In this document: in pieces, positions 35,328-46,202 of the stretch | How positions within the stretch are numbered: the stretch's first letter is position 1 | How the letters are laid out: each line of letters opens with the position of its first letter | Assembly: GCA_965644315.1 (NCBI GenBank) | Contig: CBFFRQ010000087.1 | Coordinates: 79,724 to 143,723 of the forward strand | Origin: Caecitellus pseudoparvulus | Lineage: Eukaryota; Protista; Bigyra: Bicosoecida | Direction: 5' to 3' | Length of the DNA: 64,000 nucleotides | Notes under the pieces: model-generated | What the model saw: the letters and a program-made list of their open reading frames with translations, nothing else | Database searches by the model: none | Told to the model about the DNA's origin: nothing | Translations under genes and position numbers: made by a program

Positions 35328-38036
35328 TCACCGCTTGCCCTCACGCGTGGTGCCTCGCCCAGCGCGGGAGGAGGCTGTGCTGCCTGGTGTGGCCATGCGC
35401 AGGCCACTGACGCCAAGGCCGCCGCCCCCCCCCCGAGACGGAAGACTGCCCCCCACCCCACCTGCTCCGCGAATGGTCTGTGTGGGCGGCACTTGCAGCT
35501 CCTTGTTCACACGGGCACCCAGGTACTGCTGCAGCAGCCCCTTGAGCTCGGCGTTCTGCGCCTTGAGCCCAGACACCTCCTCCATGACTTTGGAGCGCCG
35601 GCTGAGGGTGGCCACGTACTTGCTCAGCCCTTGCTCCAGAACACGCCACACACGAACAGTCCGGGGCGGCACCGTGTTCACCAGCTTGCTCCAGTACTCT
35701 GCCTCTTGCTGCTGCGCTCGGGACACCTCATCCAAGCCTTCCCCCAGCTCGGGTGTCGTGTCATGGGCGCCGCCTGGCACGGGCTGGCCTTCTGCTGAGG
35801 GGGGGTTGGGGGAGGGGGAGCCCCCCCCTGCACCAGCACCCGCAGCAGCGCGAGGGGGGGGCGCAGTGCCCCCCCCCCGCGTACCCTGGGCGGAAGGGGG
35901 TGCGCTGACGCCGCCTTCCTCCTCAGCGCGACGCAGCAGTGCGACCACGTCGGCAGAGGGACCAGGTCGCACATGCCGAGCGCCGCCCCCGCCCTCGCCA
36001 AAGGGGTCTGTCGCCGCCGCTGCCTCCCGCTCGGCAGCAGCCCGGGCTTCCACGAAGCGTAATACGGTGCGCACCACCCCACCCGGCGGCACAGTGCACT
36101 GCCCCCGCGCCAGGGCCAACGCACCATCCCGAGTGCTCTCTGACTCCGCGGCGGCATCTGCGTCGTCGTCGTCCTCATCGCCATCGCCCCCTGCCCTGGG
36201 TGTGAAGAAGTACTCCACCAGCTCCGCCACGTCAGCGTCACTGGTGCAGCCCACAGCCCGCAAGATGCACTCAGCCTTGATGCCCTCTGCAGCAGCAGGC
36301 GAGTCAGCTGCAGCCACAGCGGCCATGGTGGGCCCATCCACGAGGAACGGCGCCTCCGCCACCAGCCGTGAACACATGACAGACACACGGGCTGTGGTAC
36401 GACGGGCCTGCCGAGTGGGCCCGGAGGGGGGGTCGCTGGCCCCCTCCTCCCCCCCCCCCTCCGGCCCGTGCTCACCCCCCTCCTCCTTACCCTCAGCCAC
36501 ACCCCCCCCAGCAGCAGCAGCACGCGCAGCAGCTGCAGCGCCAGCGGGCGTCTGCCCTTGATGATGTCGCGGTGATGTGCCGCCGCCCAACGCAGCAGCG
36601 GGCCGCGGCACAGTTGCCGTGGGGGGGTGCCACTCCCACCCCAGCAACTGCTCTGAAATGACGCGGTCTGCGGCCAGCGCACGCTGCAACATCTGCTGCA
36701 CTTCTTCCTCATGCATGTCCCACACGGAGCGGAATTTGGCCTGGTCCGCCGCCTCGAAGTGCGAGAACTTCGCCTGCAGGTCCTGGTACTGCCGCGTGAT
36801 GCGCTGGTACTCCCGCGTCAGTGCTGCGTTTTCCGCCTTGAAGGCCTTGTCCGCGGCGACGTAATCCCGCATGACCTTGGTCAGGGCACGGTCCAGGCTC
36901 TTGATTTTCTCCTTCTGCTGACTCTCCGCGATCTCATTCTCTGTGTCCTTCTCTGACAACACGCGGAAATTGTACTCCAGCTTCTCCATGTTCAGCGCGT
37001 ACGTGGAGCGCATCAGCTCCAACTGCTGCTCCAGCACCTGCACATCGCTCTCCAACTTCACCTTCAGCTTCGTGTACTGCTCTGCATCCTTGCTCTGCAT
37101 GGCGTCGAGTTCCGCCTGGTAGGCTGCCTCGCGTGCCAGTCGTTCCTCCACCAGCGTCGTCTCCATGCGCTTGCGCACGCCGAACAACTCGTCCATTTCC
37201 GCACGGTGGGCATCCATGAGAGCTTGGTGCTCCTGCGCATACGCCTCCTCAATGCTGCCCAGTTCACCATCGTACGCAGCCTGCAGCTGTGTGAACTGCT
37301 CGTTCATGCGCGTGATGAGCGTCTCCACGTCCTCCGCCTGAGAGGCAATGGTGCGCACATACTCCTCGTCCTTGGCCTTGATCTCAGCCTGCAAAGGGGT
37401 GGAGGGGGGGGGGGGGGCAGGGTGCGCTGCGTGTTGCGCCACCTGCTGCAGCAACGCGGCAACGCAGCGCAGCACGCACGAGGAACTCCCGAGTCAACTG
37501 GTCCTTGCTGGCGACAATGCGGGCACAGGCTGCCCGCTGCTTCTGCAGCTCCTCGTGCAGCTCCTGCGGCATGTTGTAGAACTTCAGGTCGTGCCACTTC
37601 ATCTCCACAGCCGCGTTGGCCTTGTTGGAAGCGACAGCCTCTTCTTGCAGTCGCCACAGGCGGTCCTGTCGCCGCTTCTCTTCGGCGATGCGCCTCTGTG
37701 CCTCACGGTCACCTGCCGCCACACGGATGTCTGTCGCATGGTCAATGCTGGCGGCCTGGGCGGGGTCGGCGAGAGCAGGGTGCATGCAAATTCCGCTACC
37801 GACACCTCAAGCAGTGCCAGCACAGGCCTCGCCGCACTTTCTTCGAGTCCAGCGTGCTCAGACTCTCCACTATTTGGTCCTTTCCATGGTGCGGCACTTT
37901 GTACTGCGCCGATGACCCTGTGGTGCGAGGAGGGCAGCCCAGAGCTGCGTTGGCACAGAAACGCGACTTGACATCGACGCCACACACCTCCGCCCTCAGC
38001 TGCCGCGGCCCCTGCTCCTGAGCTGGAATCAGCCAT
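35328..38036 (-). CDS. DRC1: Dynein regulatory complex subunit 1 (CCDC164)
   Basis: Motifs PQELHEELQKQRAACARIVASKDQL, KDEEYV, YALNMEKLEYNFRVLSEKD, ADRVISEQLLGWEW and C-terminal QNAELKGLLQQYLGARVNKELQVPPT. Start approximate. Confidence 0.88.
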
Positions 38037-38312
38037 GATGCAGTGCTGTACCACACTTCTGTGTTCTCAAAACCAACTTGGCAGTGGAATCAGCCCGAGC
38101 CCTGCGTCACCTGAGTCGCTTGCACTCGCTGCTCAGATGCAGCCTTTCGCCGCTTGCAGTGGGCCCCAAGAAATCAATTTCCTGACCCTATAACTGAACC
38201 TGTCAGGCAAGGTCTTTTCAACTTCGGAAAACTTTTTGACTTGTGGTTTGTGGCGGCCCGATGCGCATTGTGCACTTTGCTTGCACTGCTGAATCTCCGT
38301 AACTTCCGCAAC

Positions 38313-39497
38313 ATGGCAGAGGCCCAAGCATCCCAAGGGGAACCCTTGCCGGCACCAACGCCAGATACACAATGCCTGTTCACCATGCAGCAGGGTCAGG
38401 TGGAACTGGTGTGCCCCGAGACGGACACCCGCGAACCCTGTGCTGCGGGAGACGTGCGCATCATCCTGGCACCATTTTCCGCACAGGACGCCGACTCTGC
38501 TGAAGGCCCTCCTGTCGAGACGGAGTCCCCGCAGGGTGAAGACGGCAAGCCTGCTGAGACAGGCTTTCTCCTTGCGCTGCAGTGCGACAACTGGGTGTAC
38601 GTCATCGCACCTGACCAGCCAGCACTGCTGGACACGAGCGACCCGCCCGGCCACCTGCTCCTTCCCTGCGCTGACGGCAACGCCTTTGCCCTGAGCGTGC
38701 CGCCCAGCGCGCTGGGCACAGCAGAGTGGCCCGCCTTTCTGGCCAAGCTAGCTGGTGCCTGCCGCCTCAAGCACCGGGACAGTGACTCCATCCTGGCGCC
38801 TGAAACTGACTTCGCAGCGCTGACGACACCTCCGGACGCCCCTGCCTGGAGCAAGGGCATCGTGGCTGGCATCGGCTTCGCCGGCGCAGTGACGGCTCTG
38901 GGAGTCAAGAAGGCGGCATCGGTGACATCTGCTGCGCTGGGCACCATTGGCAACGCAGTTGTCAGCCGAACACCCTCCCGTGCAGAACCCGTGAAGGTGT
39001 CTGACGCGACGAAGCAGCGAGTCACTCGCCTGCAAGGGGTGGCGCAGACGTCCCTCAAATTCTCCGCATCCTTCGTCCAAGCCATCTCCACGGGGGCGGT
39101 TGCGGCGGGGCACGCTGTCGCTGACGGTGTCGGGCGCCTGACTGGCGCGAGCGACGCCAAGCCAGAGAGCGGCAACGCCCCACCCCCGAAACGCAGCGAG
39201 TTGACGGCAGGCATGATGGCGGTGGCCAAGGCTGGCCTTGGCGCCTACACAGAGGTGTGGGATGCGCTGGAGGAGGGCGCAGTGGCCGTGGGCAGTGAGA
39301 GTGCGGCTCAGGCCACAGCCCTCGCTGCAAAGCGGTACGGCGATGAGGCGGCGGAGGTGGCTGCTGGTGCGCTGCACGCCGCAGGCAGCCTGGCCTTCAG
39401 CGCGTACCGCATCAACGGAATGGGCGTGAAGGCGGTGGCAAAAACGGCTGCCTCCACCGCCGCCACCAAGGTCGCCATGCAAAGCATGCAGGGGTGA
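38313..39497 (+). CDS. Senescence/spartin-domain protein
   Basis: N-terminal PH-like segment, then an amphipathic senescence domain (EVWDALEE...KRYGDEAAEVA...GVKAVAK). Confidence 0.7.
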   Translation: MAEAQASQGEPLPAPTPDTQCLFTMQQGQVELVCPETDTREPCAAGDVRIILAPFSAQDADSAEGPPVETESPQGEDGKPAETGFLLALQCDNWVYVIAPDQPALLDTSDPPGHLLLPCADGNAFALSVPPSALGTAEWPAFLAKLAGACRLKHRDSDSILAPETDFAALTTPPDAPAWSKGIVAGIGFAGAVTALGVKKAASVTSAALGTIGNAVVSRTPSRAEPVKVSDATKQRVTRLQGVAQTSLKFSASFVQAISTGAVAAGHAVADGVGRLTGASDAKPESGNAPPPKRSELTAGMMAVAKAGLGAYTEVWDALEEGAVAVGSESAAQATALAAKRYGDEAAEVAAGALHAAGSLAFSAYRINGMGVKAVAKTAASTAATKVAMQSMQG

Positions 39498-40158
39498 GGC
39501 CGAGACCAGGCTCCAGGGACGTCCAACAGGACGGCACGCCCAGCTCCCTTCGTGGAATCTGAATGCAGTGACATTGTCTGAAGAATAAGATGTGGGGGAA
39601 GCATTGGGGGGGGTGGCGCTGGGGTGAGGAAAGCATTCTTCCTGGCATCGTGAAGGGGGACAAGTCTGGCAAACTGCCGGCGTTTCGCAACTTCGCCAAG
39701 CAGCCAAGTGTTGGGCGATAGAGCGCACCTCTGCGAAAACTCTAACGCATGGCTAAATGCCAATCATGTGTATTGTGAATCAATTAAGTACTAGAGACAC
39801 AGTGAAGCTCCATGGTGACGATACTATGGCGTGCTAAAGAGGTGAAAGTCTGGGCACAAGAGACGAAACGCTGCTCTTGCACCAGAAGCTGGGGCTGTGA
39901 CAGGGGCAAAGGCAGACTACCCCCGCCTCACTGTGGGACTCCATCGTATATTCGTGGTAGCTAGAGGGCCAGTGGGCTGCTCCTGTACGGCGTGGGATCC
40001 TTATCCTTGTCAAGGGGGGCTCAGCGTGGTGGGCTGTGAGCGAAGCAGTGGTCAGACTCTGTCAAATCCAACCCACACGTATACAACGTCGCACAAACGC
40101 TAACTGAAACCGAAACCAACACCAATACTTCAATTCTACACTACACACACTCACCACC

Positions 40159-40467
40159 ATGTCTGACGCAAGCTCCGAGCAGCCCAAGACCACCCTCGAG
40201 ACGGTCAGCGATGCCGCCTCCGACACCGCCCAAGCCATCGGCGAGACAGCCTCCTCCGCAGCCCAGGCAGTGAGCGACACAGCCTCAGGGGCAGTATCCG
40301 CTGCAGCAGATGCGGTCGGCCTCGGTGAGGAGGAAAAGACAGCCGGTGACCACCTGAGCGCTGCTGGCTCCGAGGTGAAGGCAGCCGCCGAGAAGGCCGT
40401 GGATTCGGCAGCCGACGCCACCAAGGGAGCCGCCGACACCGCCCAGGAGACTGCTGGCTCTGGCTGA
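40159..40467 (+). CDS. Small acidic Ala/Thr/Asp-rich LEA/hydrophilin-like protein
   Basis: Imperfect 11-mer repeats (TVSDAASDTAQ / AIGETASSAAQ / AVSDTASGAVS), no aromatic or Cys residues, and a CACC-ATG context. Confidence 0.6.
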   Translation: MSDASSEQPKTTLETVSDAASDTAQAIGETASSAAQAVSDTASGAVSAAADAVGLGEEEKTAGDHLSAAGSEVKAAAEKAVDSAADATKGAADTAQETAGSG

Positions 40468-41409
40468 TGAATGCAAACCAACGAACATTGTGTCCACGTC
40501 TCCGTGCTTGGGCTTGCATAAGCCGTTTGCCGTCTTCTCGCAGTGCACGGCAAAGCTGGTGTGCACTGCATGTGACGCCACCTTCACCTTCGAACCGCAG
40601 CCACAGAGCTTGCGCACACACTGTGGTGCTTTGTATGGGCAGAGAACAATGGAACATACGAGGATTATTGAATTAATATCGTGCCTACTTCTTTTACGGG
40701 GTTTGGAGCTTCGTGTGGCAGTTGGTGCGCCTTCGATCAACAGTTCCTGGACGGCCACCACGCCGACAAGCCACGTCAGTGGCTCGGCCCGCCAAACCGC
40801 ACGCCCGACCCTCGCCACTGCTTGCGGTAAGGAGATGGCAGTCCTGCCGCTCATTGTGTGCAGAAGGGGGTGAAAGTGGGAAGTGCAATGGTGACTTGTT
40901 GCAGCGAAGTGCTGGCAAAAGCAGTCGAGCAATAGCGTGGCGGTGGCTGACACGAGAGCCGAGAGAAGCAGAGTTCAAGGTGAGGGCTGCTCGCCTCCGC
41001 ACCTCAGAGAAGCAAGCCCGGAAGGAATCGAGTGCTGAAGGACCTCGCTTCATGATAATCATACCGCCAAGTGTGATCCCTGGCTGCTGTGCGAGCCTGA
41101 CGAAACCTTGCGCTCTGTCACCGAACGTGAAGTACAAGTTGGGAAATGGAAGAGAAACGAACCCGGGCTCGCACTCTGGCAATCCGCACAGCCGCTTTGT
41201 GCACCGACACAGCAGTGTACATTCACGAAGTGCCTTCTTGCGAGCCCATGTGCTGTGGACGCTGACACGGGGCCTCAGGCTGGTGTGGGCTGATAGCGAA
41301 GCCGTCCCCAGCACCGCAACAAATGAACGCCAGCTGTTTATCCGCACCATCCACGGACTCAAAGGGCGGGAAGTCTCCATGGAAGATAGGGTGACAAGCA
41401 GTGCCATAA

Positions 41410-42183
41410 ATGGCCGCAAGCTCGCGCCCCATGGCTCAGACTCCCCGAGGACCATGGAGAAGTTACTTTGCTCGAGCCCTGTGCCGACAGCCAAGGGGAG
41501 GGGCACTGAAGCTGCTCCACAGAGTCCCAAAGCCAATATCCAATGCAATTATCACAAGAGCACACTGTGAGCGCGAGGGAGTTGACGTGCCTCACCACTT
41601 CACCTCTGCTTGCTTGGGCGGTGGTGTACCGCAGAATGCTGTGGGTGTCGTGACAGAGCTGGAGGTGTCCAACGGGTGTGTGTACGTGGAAGTGGCGACC
41701 AGCGTCGGCTCAGCCACCGGCATCTTCGCGTGGATGGGCGGTGCTTGGGCCCCCATCACTTCTGTGGAGGTGACGGCAGGGCGTGTGAGTGGGTCCAACC
41801 CCGCTGCCCTGCATGCAGCCGGCGTTCAGACGCTGGCCTTCACCACATCAGACGGCACTTTCATCCTGGACACTGCTCGTGCAGCGGTTGCTGCTGGTGT
41901 CGTGCCCTCTCCATCCGCCACTCCGTCCCCTTCCCCAGCCGCCGCTGCAGCGGCAGTGGCCACCACTGTGGAAGAGGGTGATAACTCAGGCGCCATCGGG
42001 GCTGGTGTGGCCCTCATCGCCATCCTCGTCGTGGCTGTGGGCGCCTTCATGGTGTACCGTGCTGGCCTCTGCAAGCGCGGCAAGAAGGAGGACAAGCCTG
42101 CCGAGGCAGCACCAGGCAGTGGTGACACCGGCGCCACAGCCCCGTCAACTGAGCAGGCTAGTGCTGCTGCAGCACAGGCTTGA
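41410..42183 (+). CDS. Type-I membrane protein (probably only the C-terminal part; start uncertain)
   Basis: Beta-rich segment, PSPSATPSPSP linker, TM helix GAIGAGVALIAILVVAVGAFMVY and a basic stop-transfer segment. Host-like codon use from ~41560. Confidence 0.55.
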   Translation: MAASSRPMAQTPRGPWRSYFARALCRQPRGGALKLLHRVPKPISNAIITRAHCEREGVDVPHHFTSACLGGGVPQNAVGVVTELEVSNGCVYVEVATSVGSATGIFAWMGGAWAPITSVEVTAGRVSGSNPAALHAAGVQTLAFTTSDGTFILDTARAAVAAGVVPSPSATPSPSPAAAAAAVATTVEEGDNSGAIGAGVALIAILVVAVGAFMVYRAGLCKRGKKEDKPAEAAPGSGDTGATAPSTEQASAAAAQA

Positions 42184-42420
42184 TGTGGTGTGGGGTGGAG
42201 AAGGGGGCCTGGTCCGTGCCGTGTTTCATTCGCTTTCTGTGCAGTGTGGGGTTTTACCTTGCCCAGGTTGGCTGAGAGTGGCTCAGCTACCGTGGAAGGG
42301 GGGGGGGTGAGGGTTTTCCCCTGCAATGCACACCCGAACTCAAGCCGCCACTCCAAGGGAAGCCTTTTCTCACAAACTCCCACAGATGGCAGCCAGCCTC
42401 ACTCTGTTCCCGCTGCGTTG

Positions 42421-43925
42421 TCACTTGCTCGACTGCAACGCACCCGTCTCCTCATGCAGTGTGGACACGCCACTTGCATCATCATCATGGGCCGCCTTGC
42501 TTGCCATTTCGGCGGGCACGGCTGACGCCTGTGCTTGCTGCAGCTCCTCCAGCGCTTGCTGCCATCTATTGTTCAACTGAGCAGTAGCCAACCACTTGGC
42601 CAGGGCAGGAAACGAAACAGACACTGGCGACGAGTCAGATGACGCCTTTTCCGTCCCACACACCTGCTCACACCAACGACCACCTGCTGCAAGCAAGGGG
42701 CTTGCAAACACCCTTGTCAACCACGCAGTGGCCTCGAAGTCAGCTGTCGCTGGCGTCATGCCGCTCATGAAACCAGTCCAAGCGTACTGCCGAGACTTGG
42801 AGCTCGCATCAGCACGCTGCTCAAGGAACTGCAGTCCCTTCTTCAGCGTGGCAGCCGCCTGCTGGGCCATTCGGAGCGCGGGCGTCTCGCTTGAGACACT
42901 TGCCAGGCTGGGGGTCAACGCCTCCAACATCGTCAACGGCTGGGCCACGATGCGCTGCAGAGTGACGCACCAGTCTGTCTGTTGTGCGTTTTGGTCTGGG
43001 GAGCTGTACCTTGGCTCCATGAAGCCGGACTCCATGGATGTCACGATGTGCCCCATGTAGTGCATGGCAACCGCTGTGGAGGGAACGTTGTGCGCACTGT
43101 GACCTGCACACCAACCGCGTGCAAGGCAACGTGCGAGCTCACAAGAATCACGGAAGGTGGGACCAGTTTCGGTCCGTGTGTCGTGCAGAATGGGCGAAAA
43201 GCCTTGGGGCGACACGCTCTGTGGGCACCGGCGAGAACAGGCGTGCTGCGGATCACGACACACAGCTGGTTGACACTGCACGCACCAGGAAGGCACCACT
43301 GGGCTGTCCGTGCTCATTGCGGTGGTAGAGAGTGACGCTGTAGCCAATGCCGAGGAACCTCCCCAGCGCAACCAACTGCAGAGCTCCAGAGGGCGCGAGA
43401 GAAGTATGTTGGCGTGGTGGCGGAAAATGACCTGCCCCACTCTACAGCCACAGCACAAACATCTCACTTTCTGAGTGTCTGGTGTAACGGGCAGCAGTGC
43501 ATGAATCTCCAGAGTACTTGTAGCTGCTGCCATGGCTGCCAATGCCCAGAGTGGGCTCGTCTCTTTGCCGGCTCGGCAAGTCTGCGTTTGGCTTTGCTCG
43601 GGTTGCTCAGTCAGCGTAGAGAGCACAGCACCGCTTCACGGCCACGCTACAAGTGTTGTAAGAGAGGGATGATGGGGAGCTGGGATGGCGCAATGTTTGT
43701 GGTGAATTGGGCCGCTCGGATGTCACACGGTGTCTGACTGTGCAGAGCCCACAAGCCTGCTACAGCTGAATGACTTACTTGAGTGACTAACGGAGTAGCA
43801 TCTGACTTCGAGTTCTTGGTGAACCGTCTTCGGACTGGGCAAAATGAAACAAAAAGAGCAATCCGGGACCCGAGAAAATCACAAGCGATGCAGACACCCC
43901 CTCGTATCTTCAACTTGATCCCCAT
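42421..43925 (-). CDS. Hypothetical protein (multi-exon)
   Basis: 401-aa ORF 42421..43626 plus likely upstream exons (CAA|GTAAGT donor near 43780, ATG 43925). No family recognised. Confidence 0.35.
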
Positions 43926-44038
43926 TTCAGCCTTGTTTGCAGGTTTGCGGACGGCAGTGGGCGGAAATTGGTTCACCCCCCTTTCGACACACTTTGCCTG
44001 CGCCAGCGTGGCTGTGAACGCGTGACGAGCTACACACC

Positions 44039-45877
44039 ATGGCACAGAGCGGCAAGCAACGCAACGATTCCCCTCTGTACATCAGGGCCGGGGAGGAGGG
44101 TGACGCGTTGGGGCTGCAGGGTGTGGTTGTGCCGCCTTCGTGGACCAGCACTGCTGTGCGGATTTTGGTGCCTGAGAACGGCACCTTGCGCAGCACTGTT
44201 GCGAGCGCTGTGGGTCCCCGTGGCGTGGGCAAGAGTACGTTTCTGCGCTGGCTTGGCTTGTTCGCGATTCGGCAAGGCTATGTGGTGCATTGGGTGGACT
44301 TGGACCCTGGGCAGCCGGCTTGGTGCCACTCTGGTCTGCTCGTGCAGCATGCAAATGTGGACGAGGGCACGTTGCGCACTGCTCCATGGTCAGCCCTTCG
44401 CCCGCTTGGCCAGCCAGTAGAGAGCCCCAGTGCTGTGCACAGCGTGGCGTTCCCGTACGGCTTCAATTCGCCTCGCGGGGACCCACAGCGCTTCCTGGAG
44501 TGCGCTGGTGCTGCGCTGCGAAGGCTTGAACACCGAGGGCAGGCGCCGACGCTGTTCATCGTGAACACCTGCGGTTGGGTGCAAGGCATGGGCATGCAGT
44601 GTACTTTGGACGCTTTGGCACACGCAGTTGACCTGAGGGGTGGTAAGGGGGGGCTGCTGCAGCACCTGAAGCCTGGGGACAGCTCCAGCGAGTCGCCAGC
44701 ACCTGGTCTTGCATCTGCTGCGTTGCACATGGTGGTATTCCCAGGTGCAGAGCACATGGGAGCTGCCCTCATGCAGGCTTTTCCTGACTCTAACCCCGTT
44801 GTCGTGTGCCAGGTGCAGGGGGGCAGTGGGGCGCTTGTGGCAGGTACGCCAGGTACGAGTGAGGCGGCACGGGGGGATGCAGGTGGAGACGCGACACCAG
44901 GCAGTGAGGGAGCTGCGACGCCCCCCCAGACACCCCTTGTTTTGGCGAGTGCAGTGGACTCCAAGAGTGTGCCTGTTTCTGGTCCTGCCGTTGGTGGCGT
45001 GAAGCGAGGTCGCAGCTCCGACAAGGCGTCTCGAGATTCCGTGACGGTTGAGGAGCTTTGCGCCATGTGGGACGCACCCCCACGCCAGCCAGCGTCGGGT
45101 GCACACGCACGTGCACTGCGCAGTCTTGCTGGAACACTTGGCGGGTCGTCTTTGCTTGCGCCTCGGGACAGTTCCCTGGCATTTGCCGCGCCGGGGCTCC
45201 CGCTCGCGACTGCGCGAACAACCGAGGTGGCAGCTCATCCGAGCGCACACAGCAGTAAGAAGCGCCGGAAAGTGCACGAGCGCGAACAAGCAGTGGCAGG
45301 ACCAGGCGTTCTTGATGCACTGACACACAACACACAAGATGTGTGGGTGCCTCTCTCCGACTTGGCTGTGTTTGACAGCTCGGCGACACTTGTGCGAGCA
45401 GCTGAGGCTGCCTCTGTGGTCGCTGCACAGGGCCTTGCACGCCACGTCATGCTACTGAGCTTGCCGCAGCCGTCAGAGTCAATTGATGCCAGTGGGGTGG
45501 GCTACTCCGGCTTTGGCTGCGGAGGGCAGCAGCTGTGGAGTGAGGGAAGTCGCGGCTCCCCCACTGCACCGTACACTTTGCCGCCCACTGCCAGCGTTGT
45601 GGAAGTGGCCTTTGCCAAGACTCTGCTGCACACGCACAAGCTGGGCCCTGTGCTTGTAGTGGCGCTGCCCCACACTCTCAGCGTGTCGGCTCTGCGGTGG
45701 GCGGATGCGATCTTCCTAAGCCAGGCGCCGGCTCCAGCGCACGTGCTGGTCGCACCAGCCGACGACAAGTGGCCTGACCCCTCTGGCGCGCCCCGAGTGC
45801 GGCACCACATGGGCATTGGCCCAGCTGGACTGACTGCCTTCTCCTCACCTCTGCCACTTTTGAAGCAAGGGCGGTGA
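44039..45877 (+). CDS. NOL9: Polynucleotide 5'-hydroxyl kinase NOL9/Grc3 (Clp1 family)
   Basis: P-loop GPRGVGKST, DLDPGQ, YGFNSP and IVNTCGWVQG. Confidence 0.75.
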   Translation: MAQSGKQRNDSPLYIRAGEEGDALGLQGVVVPPSWTSTAVRILVPENGTLRSTVASAVGPRGVGKSTFLRWLGLFAIRQGYVVHWVDLDPGQPAWCHSGLLVQHANVDEGTLRTAPWSALRPLGQPVESPSAVHSVAFPYGFNSPRGDPQRFLECAGAALRRLEHRGQAPTLFIVNTCGWVQGMGMQCTLDALAHAVDLRGGKGGLLQHLKPGDSSSESPAPGLASAALHMVVFPGAEHMGAALMQAFPDSNPVVVCQVQGGSGALVAGTPGTSEAARGDAGGDATPGSEGAATPPQTPLVLASAVDSKSVPVSGPAVGGVKRGRSSDKASRDSVTVEELCAMWDAPPRQPASGAHARALRSLAGTLGGSSLLAPRDSSLAFAAPGLPLATARTTEVAAHPSAHSSKKRRKVHEREQAVAGPGVLDALTHNTQDVWVPLSDLAVFDSSATLVRAAEAASVVAAQGLARHVMLLSLPQPSESIDASGVGYSGFGCGGQQLWSEGSRGSPTAPYTLPPTASVVEVAFAKTLLHTHKLGPVLVVALPHTLSVSALRWADAIFLSQAPAPAHVLVAPADDKWPDPSGAPRVRHHMGIGPAGLTAFSSPLPLLKQGR

Positions 45878-46202
45878 GTTTTGAGGAGTAGCGCGTGCTG
45901 TGCATTGCGGAAATAGAGCTTGCCTCAACGCACAGCAGCGCAGGAACAGCGAAGGGGGGGTGGGAGGGCGAACACAGGCAGTGTGCAAGCGTCTGCCAGA
46001 CTTGCTGGGAGGGAGCAGGCACACCCCTGCCATGGGCTGCAGGGCGGTCCAGTGCCTGTGAGGGTACAGCTGTTCACAGGTGAAACGCATCAGGATCCGC
46101 CGAGAGCCGAGGGGGTTCAGGAAATCGAGGGGAAGCAGAGGGCTGCCGGGTGGCGGCCAAGGGGAACGGAGAAGGGGATGCGTCCAGTCAGCATGGGGCG
46201 TC

